A stretch of 62,781 nt of DNA, filler included, from Stramenopiles sp. TOSAG23-2 (GCA_900128395.1; 13 parts of 13 records of this genome joined end to end with filler, not necessarily neighbours in it), one strand, 5' to 3'. Shown: positions 1-11,940, counted from the first letter of the whole stretch. A program made the numbers and translations. Notes: generated by a model from the letters alone, not told the origin.

Positions 1-335
1 TATTATCTGTATGGAGTGATAAAACAGTTGCTGATAAAAAAGAAGAATAAATGAAGAATGTGGAAAGGACTATTACGTGTAAATTAGTTATCATATATAT
101 ATATATGCGGTGTGTGTCGTTTTTTTGTAATATGATTAATATATATATGATGGTGCTTGAGTGTGGTGCAGCAAAACATTTTAAAAAACATAAAATATTT
201 TACTACACACTGTAAAATTTTTTCATAAAAAGTATTTCATACGAGCGAAATATGTACGTATATTTTTAAACATTTTAATATACGACGAAGTAAAATATTA
301 CATAAAATTTATGTGAGATTTTTAAACATTTTAAC

Positions 336-1931
336 TCATTTCTCCTTCTCCTGCTCCTTCTTACATTTTAGTTGGAGCGCACGACGGTCAGCCTGGTCAG
401 TAGCCATCTTCTTCTTCTGTTCCTTCTTTCGTTGTTTTGCTGCTTTTTTACGCAAAGTTATAAATCGATTTAACATTTGTTTGCATTCTGGTGTTGTATT
501 GGACATTATGTCTTTTTTTCGTAATGATAATGTTTTATTCATTTCAATTTCATCTTTTGATATTTTTCTTCCTTTTCCACCATTATCAATTAATTGTACA
601 ACAATATTATAAAATTCTTCCTTATCATTCTCATTTAAAGGTATATTATCATATAATTCATTTGCAAGTTTTAATATTTCCGCTTCGTTCATTTTATTTA
701 TAGAATCATCACTATTATTTTTCATATTATTATTGTTATTATTATTTCCATTTAAATCATCATTTCTCAAATCTTTTAATTCATTTTTCCATGAAAATGT
801 TGCACCAATTGGAATATGATCTGATGGATTTACATCATGTGGTAATCCTTCAGATAATATTTTCATACGTATTTCATCTGTATATAATGGCTGTGTTGTT
901 TCTAGATTCAAGCAAGATGATGTATACCACATTTGATCTAATCCATCAATTGCATGGCCTGGTCGTGTAGCAAATGTAAATTGTTCCCCTAATGAATAAA
1001 TATTTTGTGATAACATGTTATAACTTACAGGTGGGTATACACTTTTAAATTGTGATTCTATATATGGATGTGGAATAATTTTAGATAATTTTGTTACATT
1101 AATTGAATTATTCCATTCCTGAAATGGTACTTGTATATTTTTCGCATTGATCCATTGATTATCATTTACAAGACAATAATCATCTTTTACAGATATAATA
1201 TGTACAGGTAAACTTTTCGTTGATTCTGGCAGTTGTTGTATAATTGCTGCATTTGGTGGTAATGATTTAGGTGGTTTTCCATCGTCAGTATAATTTGTAT
1301 TTAATAATGGTATATAACCTAATGATAAATATGCAGATGATGTTGATGCACCATTTTGACAATTAAAGTCACCAGATACAATAACAGCATGATGTTTATA
1401 ATGTTTATTTAAATGAAAAATAGAACTACAAATTTGTTTTGTTCGTTCACCAGATTTTTGTGGATTACCTTCTAAATGGCAATTAATTACTGCTAATAAA
1501 CGTTCTTTTTCATCTTTCAATATTGTGGTCAATGTACGATTACGAGAAAATTCTCCAACGTTTTCAAAAATATTAGAACGCCAAAAAGTTGCGACACCTT
1601 GCGGATGTTTTTCATTTTTAATATGTTGAATTGACCCGTTAAATCCATGTTGTGTTAAAAATGGCAATAAATCATTTTTATATGCTGTAAATTCAACTTC
1701 TTGTAAACAAATAATATCTTTCTTCGATTCTAAAATTTGATTCAGTATCACTTTCTTTCGATAATCCCAATCCCATAACGGGTTATTTTCACCTAAATGT
1801 TGATATGTTAATTGGAAACGTAAACTTTGTGTAGGTTTAAAATAGCATTGAGCTAATATATTCCATGATAAAATGGAGATATGTTTGTTCATTTTATTAT
1901 TTGTTGTTTGTTTTATTACCAAATTTGCCAT
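336..1931 (-). CDS. EEP-superfamily nuclease/phosphatase, CCR4/Angel/PDE12-like
   Basis: Motifs SWNILA, DIICLQEV, NCHL, GDFN, LDQMWY and PSDHIPI, followed by a charged C-terminal extension. Confidence 0.88.
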   Translation of the reverse strand: MANLVIKQTTNNKMNKHISILSWNILAQCYFKPTQSLRFQLTYQHLGENNPLWDWDYRKKVILNQILESKKDIICLQEVEFTAYKNDLLPFLTQHGFNGSIQHIKNEKHPQGVATFWRSNIFENVGEFSRNRTLTTILKDEKERLLAVINCHLEGNPQKSGERTKQICSSIFHLNKHYKHHAVIVSGDFNCQNGASTSSAYLSLGYIPLLNTNYTDDGKPPKSLPPNAAIIQQLPESTKSLPVHIISVKDDYCLVNDNQWINAKNIQVPFQEWNNSINVTKLSKIIPHPYIESQFKSVYPPVSYNMLSQNIYSLGEQFTFATRPGHAIDGLDQMWYTSSCLNLETTQPLYTDEIRMKILSEGLPHDVNPSDHIPIGATFSWKNELKDLRNDDLNGNNNNNNNMKNNSDDSINKMNEAEILKLANELYDNIPLNENDKEEFYNIVVQLIDNGGKGRKISKDEIEMNKTLSLRKKDIMSNTTPECKQMLNRFITLRKKAAKQRKKEQKKKMATDQADRRALQLKCKKEQEKEK

Positions 1932-2286
1932 AGTTGTTCTTGTTCTTTTTTTTTTCCTTTGTACTTTTCGTTCAGCGTTGCTTCAGTATATAATGTAATA
2001 TGTTTTATATTGATTTTATTATATATGTAATTGTTTGTTTTTCATAATTGTTTTTTTTTTTTTGAATTGTTTTTCTTTTTCTATATCGATATTCTTTTTT
2101 GAAAATATTATATATATATTTTCAATGATGTGCGTATTATATGTGCTATATTGTTTTTTTAAAACTATAAGAAGTAGTTGTCTTTTTATTATCTTTCTCT
2201 GTATGTATCTGTACTTGTTACAGTATAAAACACACGGATGCGTAATAATAATTTAATATAACACTACACAGCACTAATTTTTAAAT

Positions 2287-2294
2287 TACCAGGT
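2287..2294. promoter_or_regulatory. Candidate upstream cis-element TACCAGGT (first of nine intergenic copies)
   Basis: Same 8-mer at 2287, 4945, 10546, 10616, 43445, 43689, 49114, 49926 and 55956; most lie 70-450 bp upstream of a start codon. Confidence 0.55.
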
Positions 2295-2538
2295 TAAGGT
2301 ATACTGCTTTTCTGCTCTTTTCTTCTTTCTTTTTTGAAATTTCGACAAGAAAAGATATGCACATTTATGATGTATATAAAAAGGATCAAGATATACACAC
2401 TTGATATATATATAATGTTCTCGATACTTGTATGTCTTATATATAAATCTTACACAATTGACATTACATTTTCAATAAGAATAAAACAATTAATAACGAC
2501 AAAAAAAAATAATTACTACAACGTATTGAAAAAGAAAT

Positions 2539-3387
2539 ATGAATATTACTGCATCAAAGGCATTTTTATTACGTAGGAATTTCACAAATTCTACACGTAA
2601 TAGTGGAAAGGTAGCACTGATAGTTGGAGCTGGACCTGGATTAAGTGCATCATGTGCAAGAATTTTTCAAGCAGATGGTTTTCAAGTTGCTTTAGCTTCA
2701 CGTAATCCAGACAAACCAGCATTGACAAAACTTGTCGATGCATTTGGTGTTAAAAATTATAAGTGTGATTGTGTACAAACGTCTGATGTCAAAGCATTGT
2801 TTGAACAAGTAACAAAAGAAATGGGAGAGTTTCCATCGTTAGTTGTCTTCAATGCAAGTGCAGCTGCACGTGGTCCAATTGATACAGTTGATCCAGAAGT
2901 TGTGAAAAATGGATTACTAGTATCTGCATTTGGTGGATTTAATGTTGCTCAACAAGCGGCATTTGGCATGATACCAAGAGGTAGTGGGAGTATATTATTT
3001 ACTGGTGCATCAGCTTCGTATAAAGGTTATGCAAATTCATCATCATTTGCAATGGGAAAATTTGGCTTACATGGTTTAGCACAAGCACTTGCTCGTGAAT
3101 TAATGCCAAAAGGTATACATGTAGCACATTTCCCAATTGATGGTGGGATAGGAAAATTGGATGATAATTTTGAGAAAACATCTCATTGGGCAAGATATGG
3201 TGCAACAACAGGAGGTAATGTGAACGATGGTGGTGCAAGAAAAGGTACAAATGGGGACTATATAGATGAAGAGGATACTATGTTACACCCTGATGCAATT
3301 GCAGAAACATATTTATTTGCCCACAATCAACATCGTTCCGCTTGGACGTTTGATTTTCATTTACGTCCATATCGTGAAAAGTGGTAA
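2539..3387 (+). CDS. Short-chain dehydrogenase/reductase with probable mitochondrial presequence
   Basis: VGAGPGLS Rossmann motif, VFNAS, FTGASAS, FAMGKFGL, C-terminal AIAETY..HRSAWTF; Arg/Ser/Thr-rich N-terminus without acidic residues. Confidence 0.88.
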   Translation: MNITASKAFLLRRNFTNSTRNSGKVALIVGAGPGLSASCARIFQADGFQVALASRNPDKPALTKLVDAFGVKNYKCDCVQTSDVKALFEQVTKEMGEFPSLVVFNASAAARGPIDTVDPEVVKNGLLVSAFGGFNVAQQAAFGMIPRGSGSILFTGASASYKGYANSSSFAMGKFGLHGLAQALARELMPKGIHVAHFPIDGGIGKLDDNFEKTSHWARYGATTGGNVNDGGARKGTNGDYIDEEDTMLHPDAIAETYLFAHNQHRSAWTFDFHLRPYREKW

Positions 3388-3675
3388 AAAATATAAAATA
3401 ATACTACACACGAAGTCGTGTATATTGGGAACGTTCGTACGAGCCGTACAAACTTGAAAGCGGGAGAAAAAGAAAGAGAGAAATTCACACATTTGTATTC
3501 ATAGCGCGGCGCTATATTTTTTTTAAATCATTCTCAATACACGCGGCGGAGTATATTTTTTAATATGATACGAGCGTATATATTTATTCCTTTTTTTAAT
3601 TAAAATAAAAAGAAAAAGTAATGCAAATAATATCTTGCCAGCTTGCTATGCATATCATAATAATATTATACCACC

Positions 3676-4500
3676 CTACAAATTATCTCCGCCTAATTCA
3701 ATATCACCTGCACTAATTCCATCATCACTAGCATCAGTACCTTTTAAATTTTGTTCATCAACATTTTTGTATACTTTACCTTCCATCCAAAATTTAATTG
3801 TCCAATATTTCTTATCTTCTAATATATTTTTGACTAATGTACGTACACCATATAATCCTAATAAAATACTAATAATAATTGCAACAAATGCATCAAACCA
3901 CCATATTGCATCATCTGATTGAAAAAGACCCACTCCAATCAATACACCTAATGATAAAATAGCACCTCCTAAACTACATACGGCATCTTTCTTCATTGCT
4001 GGTGATTGTGTTTTAATAGCAATATTAAATTTTAATATACCTAATATTAAGAAAATTAACAAGCTTGGTACAGACAATGAAATTAATTGATGCAATGCAC
4101 TTGGTGCATGTCCTTCAGCAAGATGTTCCACGGCGACAGAAAATACACATATAGCCAAAATAACCATTAACAGTGCAATACCAATACTAGCTCTTTTTTC
4201 ACGTTTTTGTAATTCTTCTTTATTTGCTGTATCACCACCATGAAATCTCCACAACACAATTAGTGAAGATACTAAATCAACTAAATTTTCCAAACTATAT
4301 CCAAGCGTAGCACTTGAATGTGTAGAAATGGAAATACTTAACCCAGCAATAAATGCTATTACTGTTACAATAGCGGAAACAATAGATATTTGAAATGCTT
4401 CTGTTGGTCCTGGTGCATGTATCCATCTATTAATAAATTTGGAATTTTCAATTTTATTAAAAGAATCATTTACTTTATGTAAATTTTTATTATTTTTCAT
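3676..4500 (-). CDS. TMEM163: TMEM163-like cation (Zn) efflux membrane protein
   Basis: Six TM segments with SSATLGYSLENLVDLVSSLIVLWRF, REKRA, SPAMKKDA and WWFDAFVAI, matching the TMEM163/CDF pattern. Confidence 0.78.
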   Translation of the reverse strand: MKNNKNLHKVNDSFNKIENSKFINRWIHAPGPTEAFQISIVSAIVTVIAFIAGLSISISTHSSATLGYSLENLVDLVSSLIVLWRFHGGDTANKEELQKREKRASIGIALLMVILAICVFSVAVEHLAEGHAPSALHQLISLSVPSLLIFLILGILKFNIAIKTQSPAMKKDAVCSLGGAILSLGVLIGVGLFQSDDAIWWFDAFVAIIISILLGLYGVRTLVKNILEDKKYWTIKFWMEGKVYKNVDEQNLKGTDASDDGISAGDIELGGDNL

Positions 4501-5160
4501 TGTAATTTACTGTATAGTTGTCGTTTTATTTCTTTTAATTATAGTGAAATTGTTGCTTGTATTGTTATTGTTTTGTATTGTTTGTCTTTCCATTTATCAT
4601 AGACAGATACATTTGTACACACATCTATAACAAAATTTTATTCAATCTTTCATTGATTATTTATTTATTTTTTGATATGATGATTTTTTATTATTATTAT
4701 TTATTATTATCGATTTTTTAAAATTAAATAGGTAATATTCAATATTACATATTATACTAAAAGTACCAATGAAATACTGCAGTAAAAAATAAGAATAACC
4801 CTTAAAAAATGTCGGTAAAAGAAAAAAGCACAAAAGAAAAAACTCTATACTCTGGCTGGGTACTGTCCACGGCTAGTTTTGCCTATATCATCTCCTCCAA
4901 TCTTTTTGTTGTTTTTGTTGTTGTGTTAATAATTAGTGCGTTAGTACCAGGTAAAATATTCTTCTATAGAGTATTATTAATTTGATCTTTTTTATTATTG
5001 AAGACAGCTTTCTGGCTTTATCCGGATAACAAACGAAACCAATTCATATATACTATAGTTGAACAAAAATATTATAGCGAGAAAAGGAAATGTACTACAA
5101 TCATTTCGACATATAGTATTATTACAAGAATTTATTAATACTAGTAGTAGTAAATATAAA

Positions 5161-5397
5161 ATGAAGAATAAAATTAAACCTATAGATTTACCAAAAGAAT
5201 TATTATCAAAAAATGCAAATGTTAATGTTAATCACGTACAATCAGTATATAATGAAATTGCAACTCATTTTAATCAAACTCGAATATATATGTGGCCAAA
5301 AGTAAAAGAATATATTGCAAATTTACCAATGCATTCCATGGTATTAGATGTTGGGTGTGGAAATGGAAGAAATATGAGTATGAGGAAAGATGAATTA
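5161..5397 (+). CDS. Trm9/ALKBH8-type tRNA methyltransferase, 3'-truncated by contig end
   Basis: HVQSVYNEIATHFNQTR..WPKV..LDVGCGNG; first ATG at 5161. Confidence 0.8.
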
Positions 5398-5497
5398 NNN
5401 NNNNNNNNNNNNNNNNNNNNNNNNNNNNNNNNNNNNNNNNNTTAATTAATTAANNNNNNNNNNNNNNNNNNNNNNNNNNNNNNNNNNNNNNNNNNNN
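5398..5497. other. Artificial contig spacer N44-TTAATTAATTAA-N44; identical spacers start at 10895, 16378, 21856, 27325, 32793, 38258, 43711, 49151, 54591, 60020 and 61401
   Basis: Twelve 100-bp copies with a six-frame stop core, separating contigs of decreasing length. Confidence 0.98.
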
Positions 5498-5654
5498 AAT
5501 TATACTAATAATCATACAAACTACTGTATAAAAAACTATTACTAAACTTATCTCGCATGATTTCTATAAATAAGTTACAAGGAAGGACTAATTCTATAAC
5601 AAATTAAAGCGGTTGAAGGTATATAATTTTTTTACTTGAAGAAGATATATTATA

Positions 5655-6698
5655 ATGACGACTAGAAAGTTTGAAGTCCAATCAATAAGCACATGGCCCG
5701 CGAGAACACAAAACTATACGAACGTTGCAAGAAAACCTCAGTTTGAACGTGAATACAAAGCGAAAGTATCGCCAAGAAAACGGAGGGGGTTACTGAATAA
5801 AAGATTAAAAAATACTGAACTTGCAACAAGTCCAATAAAACGATCTCAACATCGTAAAAGCCTAAAACATATAAATAATCAATCTAGGCCAACATGGTTT
5901 ACACCACATCCAAAGGAGAATAATCCAAAATTGCACCTGCATCGAAAACCACCTGCAGAACAAACAACTTTACCAAGTCCTTCATCCAAAGCTAAAATTG
6001 TACATATAGTAAGACCAATTGAATATGAAAAGATAGTTGCAGAATTGCTTGAGCTGTTAGGTACGTTAAAGCAGCAGCGTGAAGATATGAGAAGTATGTA
6101 TCACACTGTACACCAAGCGGCTAAACTAAGTGAGTACATCAAAGGTCGATCAACTGAAGAAATCCAACAACAAATATTACATTATCAAGAATTAGAACAT
6201 AAATTACTGTATGTACTTTCTGAATTAAACGAACATATTGAATTTGTAAGAAATAAATATTATGGCGCAGTACAAGAGGCAAAAAGATCTCGTGCACTCT
6301 TAAATATGGTAGAGCGTGAGAAAAGTCAAGGTAAAATTAAACCAAAAACTTTATCAATAAACTATACTAGCGGCCGTAATGAATTTGAACGAAGGCAAGA
6401 TGAATTAAATAAAGTTTTATTGAAAATAAAATATGATTCTGGTGAAATAGATGGATGTTGGAAAGATGATATAGGAAACAAACCAGAAATGATTAAACTT
6501 ATGAAAGATTTCTCAAAATCAAGACCGGATCAAATGATATCTTATATTATGCAAGCAGAGAAAAAAGTGTTTAAAAGAAAGGCAACTGCTTTCTCAAAAA
6601 AGAAAAAAACCTCTTTCAATTCTAAGGAAGAGGGAAAACCAAAAGCATTTGTCCCGTCAAAAGCTCGACCAAACACACCAATTGCAAGATCATATTGA
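5655..6698 (+). CDS. Hypothetical basic coiled-coil protein
   Basis: 347-aa ATG-initiated ORF with a central heptad-like helical region; no family recognised. Confidence 0.7.
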   Translation: MTTRKFEVQSISTWPARTQNYTNVARKPQFEREYKAKVSPRKRRGLLNKRLKNTELATSPIKRSQHRKSLKHINNQSRPTWFTPHPKENNPKLHLHRKPPAEQTTLPSPSSKAKIVHIVRPIEYEKIVAELLELLGTLKQQREDMRSMYHTVHQAAKLSEYIKGRSTEEIQQQILHYQELEHKLLYVLSELNEHIEFVRNKYYGAVQEAKRSRALLNMVEREKSQGKIKPKTLSINYTSGRNEFERRQDELNKVLLKIKYDSGEIDGCWKDDIGNKPEMIKLMKDFSKSRPDQMISYIMQAEKKVFKRKATAFSKKKKTSFNSKEEGKPKAFVPSKARPNTPIARSY

Positions 6699-6744
6699 GA
6701 GACTTTTACATTTTACACACACATACAAATGCACATATATTAAC

Positions 6745-6806
6745 GATGGTTAAAATCTAAGTTATAATAATTTTACACTTCCCATGTTAAGTAATATGCT
6801 ATGCAC
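6745..6806 (+). repeat. Dispersed 3'-flank element, internally deleted copy
   Basis: GATGGTTAAAATCTAA...AATAATTTTACACTTC...GTAATATGCT...ATGCAC matches 43968-44094. Confidence 0.75.
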
Positions 6807-7161
6807 ATATATATATTATTCGTATATTACTAAAAATATCACCACTGGCTAGCCCAGGGCTGGATAACGTAGCGCCAATATTAATATCTATCTCACAAGA
6901 TGTGTCGATAATTTCTGTAACAGAAATTACCGATGAGGTAAATAGATGTTATCAACCTACCGTTGGTGAAAAATATGAAGAGGGTGGGGAATAAATTGTA
7001 CCAGGGTACAATTCATTTTATTCCTCACCAAATGCACATTTTAATGCATAACGATTATTATTAATGATGATGGTATTTTACAAATATTAATTAATATGGC
7101 GCATTTATCTTTTATTATATTTATATATACGAGTAAATATGTAAATATCAGACCGTGCACC

Positions 7162-7229
7162 GTGCATTAGAGCTTTACTATTATAATAGTAGAATTAACT
7201 CCATTTCTTGGATCGAGTATTGAGCATAT
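7162..7229 (-). repeat. Dispersed 3'-flank element, distal half
   Basis: Reverse complement ATATGCTCAATACTC...TAGTAAAGCTCTAATGCAC matches 44032-44094. Confidence 0.75.
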
Positions 7230-7470
7230 CATTTAATATTTACCATGAGAGAGTTAAAAATTATTATTAAAAAAATATTAAAATAAATGAAAAGATAGAG
7301 AGATAAAAATATTATGAGATTAAATATACACAAAATATTTTTAATGAAAACACTAAAAAATAATATTTGTGGGTGCATATCACACACACATAATACGAAC
7401 CGTACGCGCGTATACTTTATATTTAACTCATATGCATACATACGAATAATATTTTAAAAAACATATTTTT

Positions 7471-10347
7471 TTAAAAATTAAAGTCATTCACTTCTCCACC
7501 ATTTTTTACATATTGTAACATTGTATCGCCAACCTGCTTCCCACATGTTTCTTCCATTTTCCATACAAATTCTTCGTAATTTACATCTGACTTTTCAGTT
7601 TGTAAGTTATCCTTTTTAATGTCCGCAACCACTAAATCTCGTGCTTTACTTGTCATTCCTAAAGTTTTTGCCATTGTTTTTTTTTCTAGTTCCTTATTTA
7701 AAAGTATTATGTTCTTCAATTTGCTAATTAATATATCAGACGGAATTGTTTGATTTGTAATATTGTCAACTGAATTGCTTCGTCCTCTAGAATTCGTATT
7801 ATTAGAATTATGTTCAACGAATAATTCTTCCCAAAATTTTCGTAGTATTTTACGGTATATTTGAGCATACTTTAAAAGTTTTTCCTCGTCATTATTGCTA
7901 TTGGCTGATTGGCTGCGACGTATAGAATATCGTACATTTGGGGACAAAAATTTCAACTTTCCACTATCGTCCCTCCATGGTAAAAGTCCTTCTGCATGGG
8001 CTGCTTGAACAATCAACTGACTCTTTCTTTTTTTTTCATTTACATTGTGATTAAATGGTCCGATACCCTTCTTGCTATTTTTAACACGCTTACAAGGTAC
8101 TCTAGCATTAAAAAAAGAGCTGCTTTGTTGCGGCGTAGGAGGAAAATCATAATCCATGAAACCTGTGATTGGGAGAATATCGTCATTCTCATGTTCCACA
8201 TAGTATCCATTTCTCGGTTGTTTTCCTATTTGTTTATCCTGAATTGCCTTCGCTTGAATTAACTCTGTAATTTTTCCAGTCAGCTCCTCGTCATCATCAT
8301 CATGCACTTTATTATTTGACATCGTGTCTTTTTCAACAAACGATGATGAGACTTGGTCATTGGATACGAATGGAGAAAAAGGAACTACCTTCAACTCTTC
8401 AATGCTGGTAAGTTCAAAGCCTCTTACTTTCTCGCTTATGAGTTTCATATCTTTTCGGATTTGAGGACTGCTCATCTTTTTTATTAACTTTGTTATCGCA
8501 TGCAGAGGTTCTTTTCTTTCTTCTCTAGAAGATTTCGGTTTTGCTGGCGCTTCTTCCTCCAATTTTTTCATAAAGCGACACAATGGCTTTAATAAACACT
8601 CTTTTGTTTTTTTTTGCGTAATTAAATATGATAATGTACACAACGTTTTATGTACACTCATGAAACAATTAAACCTTGGATTAAGAATGGTTTTTTGCAA
8701 TTTCTCGCCACAGGCATCATCTTTATCATATAAGCGCTCCCAAAATTGCTTAAAGGCGTGGCCGATCAACTCCGTATTTGCAAATTTCCCCCTATATGAT
8801 ATGTCTTTATTGAATTTACTAATATGTTTTTCCTGTTTACATTGGTACCAATCACTGCTTTTTAATTTATTCTTATGTTTTGCAACTATAAAGTCTTTCT
8901 CCAGCAGAATGTTTACAAAATCAAATGCATGAATTATTTTCCGACAATAAACATCAATATTTTTTTCACTCATTATACGCCCTTCATCACTAGGCTTGAG
9001 ATAATTTATTAACTTATACAACATTTGATCTATCACATTTGCCCTATTAAAATCAACATTGGTAAAATAGCACGGAAATCTAATGATAATATCATTCAAA
9101 AATATCCATACTGATGGGGTTCTTGGTGGTTCTTTTTGTTTGATACCACTTGCCCATTCGAATAATCGTTTTAGCAAGTCGACATCTGGAAGTTGGGGCG
9201 GTTCACATCTTGTCAATCGACTTAACTGATCCATGGCTCTTTCCAGATCTTTATCATTATTATCTAGCAAGGAAATAATCATCTCATGATATTGCGGTGC
9301 AATTTTTTGATATAATTGTACATCACAATCTGGCAAGTTAATATGATCATATTCATCTGGCAATGTTATCGATTCCATATCGTCGTCAAACGATTGGTTG
9401 CCATTGCTATTATAATTCGATGTACTTGTTGAATTTTTCTTCTTTTTTTTAAGACCACACGGAATGCCAAGATAAACTTTATGATCCCATTCATCATGGA
9501 AAATACTTTTAGGATCTCGGGATAATCCATGTACTTCGCCGTTTGTTAAACCTTGATTATTGTCTTTTTTCATAGCAATCCATTTTTTATACGACGTTAG
9601 CGTTTGCCGATATTTATCTGGTACAACTTTCTGTACCATTTCGCAACAAATCTTGAAGTCTCTAATCAATGGCGTTTTCTTTTTGACACCATTATTATTA
9701 TCATAATTGTTATTATCTATTGCTGCATCATCACCAGCATCATCATCATTGTAGCTGTCACTACTATCATCCTCCTCCTCCTCCTCCTCCTCACTCGAAT
9801 CAGCTATCTCAATAACGTCATGTGGATTAATTCGATTATTATTGTTTCGGGTATTGTTATTATCATTAGGATCAACTCGTCTCCTGGTATTTGCTTCTTG
9901 GGGTACTGAAATTACTGGTGTTATAGCATCACGTTTCCGCTTCTGCTTATTGCTTGATTGATTCATCACTTGTGGTGTTATAAGCAATTGTACGACATAA
10001 CCATCAAGAACATTATAATCTTTTAATGTGCTATTATTTCTTATTTCTTTTCCAGCAAACATAATCCTTTGTCTCTCCGGATCAATCATATCCTTTTCAT
10101 ATATTCTTTTCTTCAAAGTACCACAAGTTTCATACGGCGATATATTCATTATAATATCAGATGCATTGTCAGAACGCCTTACTTTTATCTCGATCGTCTT
10201 TGAACTTCCGTTTGTAAAGGTACTGCTATTATTTTTATTATTGAAATTATTATTATTACTATTTTTTTCCATATCGTTAATTTCAATGTCACTATTTATG
10301 TCCTCATCTTCATCGCTACTAATTAAATCAATAACTTCCGCTGACAT
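7471..10347 (-). CDS. Ubiquitin-like-domain protein with SUMO-interacting motifs and a possible CUE-like domain
   Basis: Ubl fold IEIKVR..LKKRI..PERQRIMFAGK..TLKDYNVLDGYVVQL; acidic-flanked EVIDL and DVIEI; APQ..IISLL..NDKDLERAMDQL. Confidence 0.75.
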   Translation of the reverse strand: MSAEVIDLISSDEDEDINSDIEINDMEKNSNNNNFNNKNNSSTFTNGSSKTIEIKVRRSDNASDIIMNISPYETCGTLKKRIYEKDMIDPERQRIMFAGKEIRNNSTLKDYNVLDGYVVQLLITPQVMNQSSNKQKRKRDAITPVISVPQEANTRRRVDPNDNNNTRNNNNRINPHDVIEIADSSEEEEEEEDDSSDSYNDDDAGDDAAIDNNNYDNNNGVKKKTPLIRDFKICCEMVQKVVPDKYRQTLTSYKKWIAMKKDNNQGLTNGEVHGLSRDPKSIFHDEWDHKVYLGIPCGLKKKKKNSTSTSNYNSNGNQSFDDDMESITLPDEYDHINLPDCDVQLYQKIAPQYHEMIISLLDNNDKDLERAMDQLSRLTRCEPPQLPDVDLLKRLFEWASGIKQKEPPRTPSVWIFLNDIIIRFPCYFTNVDFNRANVIDQMLYKLINYLKPSDEGRIMSEKNIDVYCRKIIHAFDFVNILLEKDFIVAKHKNKLKSSDWYQCKQEKHISKFNKDISYRGKFANTELIGHAFKQFWERLYDKDDACGEKLQKTILNPRFNCFMSVHKTLCTLSYLITQKKTKECLLKPLCRFMKKLEEEAPAKPKSSREERKEPLHAITKLIKKMSSPQIRKDMKLISEKVRGFELTSIEELKVVPFSPFVSNDQVSSSFVEKDTMSNNKVHDDDDEELTGKITELIQAKAIQDKQIGKQPRNGYYVEHENDDILPITGFMDYDFPPTPQQSSSFFNARVPCKRVKNSKKGIGPFNHNVNEKKRKSQLIVQAAHAEGLLPWRDDSGKLKFLSPNVRYSIRRSQSANSNNDEEKLLKYAQIYRKILRKFWEELFVEHNSNNTNSRGRSNSVDNITNQTIPSDILISKLKNIILLNKELEKKTMAKTLGMTSKARDLVVADIKKDNLQTEKSDVNYEEFVWKMEETCGKQVGDTMLQYVKNGGEVNDFNF

Positions 10348-11510
10348 ATTGATATACCTGCTAATTCCAAGAAGATTATTAAATTGTTACAGACAAACGA
10401 CCTTCGTTGTTAGATTTTGTATTTGTTTCTTCCTTTTTCTTTTTCTTCTTATGTCATATGTTGCTATTAATTATATTATATGTCGTGGTGATTGTCAATC
10501 ATCATCAATTCGAATAGATTTTCCAGTAGTCCCTGATCGATATATTACCAGGTAGTTTTTTTTTTTAACCTTTATTATTTTTTTACCATAGCATTAAATA
10601 GCATGTGCCATACTTTACCAGGTATAGCTTTGTAGAACAAATAACAATGATAAGCTTATGTTATTCATTTATTATAAAATTCTATATATATGCTTATTAT
10701 TATAAACCCTAACTCTTAATAACATTGCCCCTTCACGGCGTGGCCAAAACATTCAAATTTAGACATAGGAGTTTTGGTGTACTTCCACTGGAAAACTAGT
10801 AGTCTATTAGGGAGCCTTATTACTATATAATTTAATAACTGTTCGCGTAGGGGTGATTTTGGGGGAGTATACGATGGTCCTTACTTAAACCATANNNNNN
10901 NNNNNNNNNNNNNNNNNNNNNNNNNNNNNNNNNNNNNNTTAATTAATTAANNNNNNNNNNNNNNNNNNNNNNNNNNNNNNNNNNNNNNNNNNNNGACTAG
11001 CTTACACTATCATATTATTATTTAAATACCTTAATTAAATTTTTATTTAGTTTTTGGTTAGTCTCACCTACCCAGTTAAGGCCAGAGCATTTTAATTTCC
11101 ACATGTGCATTAGCATGTCTATATTATTTTAAATCAGTTTTCTTCAACTCATAACTTAACTTAAACTCCCAGAACTCGTCACAGGAGGAACTTTTATTTT
11201 GATGCAATTTAAATCTATTAATACCTTAAAAAAGAAAAGTATTATTATACTACGACAACGGAACCATCACCAAGACGTAATCATAGCTAGACCAGATCGA
11301 GATAGTTTTTTGAGATGAATGCTGCTGTGTAAAAACTAAAACTGTAAAACTAAACATGTTATTTTTTTAATTTGAAAAAGAGTATGATACGAAAAGTAAT
11401 TTTATTAGTGTTATCAGTACATATATTAATAAATATGATAATTATAATATGATATAAAAATACTTTCATATCCTTTTCACCAGTGCATCGAATTTTTTTG
11501 GTTAATAAAA

Positions 11511-11705
11511 TTAATTAGAAGTGTTTCGGGTATTTATATTTGATTTACCACCATGTGAACGTATTAACTTGATAATATCTTTCTTCAAAGGACTAGAATT
11601 TTCAAAATACGCACGATCCAGCGGCGTAAATCCATCCGCATCTTCTTGATTGATTAAATCCAGTGTCATCCGGTTAATCAAAATACGCATAGCATGAAAT
11701 AGCAT
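11511..11705 (-). pseudogene. Ankyrin-repeat C-terminal fragment
   Basis: INQEDADGFTPLDRAY...IIKLIRSHGG is about one ankyrin repeat; no upstream ORF. Confidence 0.6.
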
Positions 11706-11940
11706 TATACTTTATATATATATATAACTAAGAAGTATATTTACCTATGAAATAATTGAAAATTTAACTTAGTCAAAATTCCTGTTGATTAGTTTTGGAA
11801 TCCATTTGGAAAATTGGACGAGTGATTTTATGAATTTCTGTGTGATTTTGGATGAAGAAATGGATGATTTTGATGGAAATGAAATAGATTTATCGATTTG
11901 TTAATGTGATAGGTACAATTAGTCTATGAATTTATGTAAA

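Noticed and set aside
5442-5453. Recurrent TTAATTAATTAA as a biological motif or piggyBac TSD
   Set aside because: Always centred in N padding; it is a synthetic six-frame stop linker
10608-10627. U1 snRNA 5' end (ATACTTACCTGG-like)
   Set aside because: Imperfect match with no U1 stem-loops or Sm site; better explained by the TACCAGGT motif
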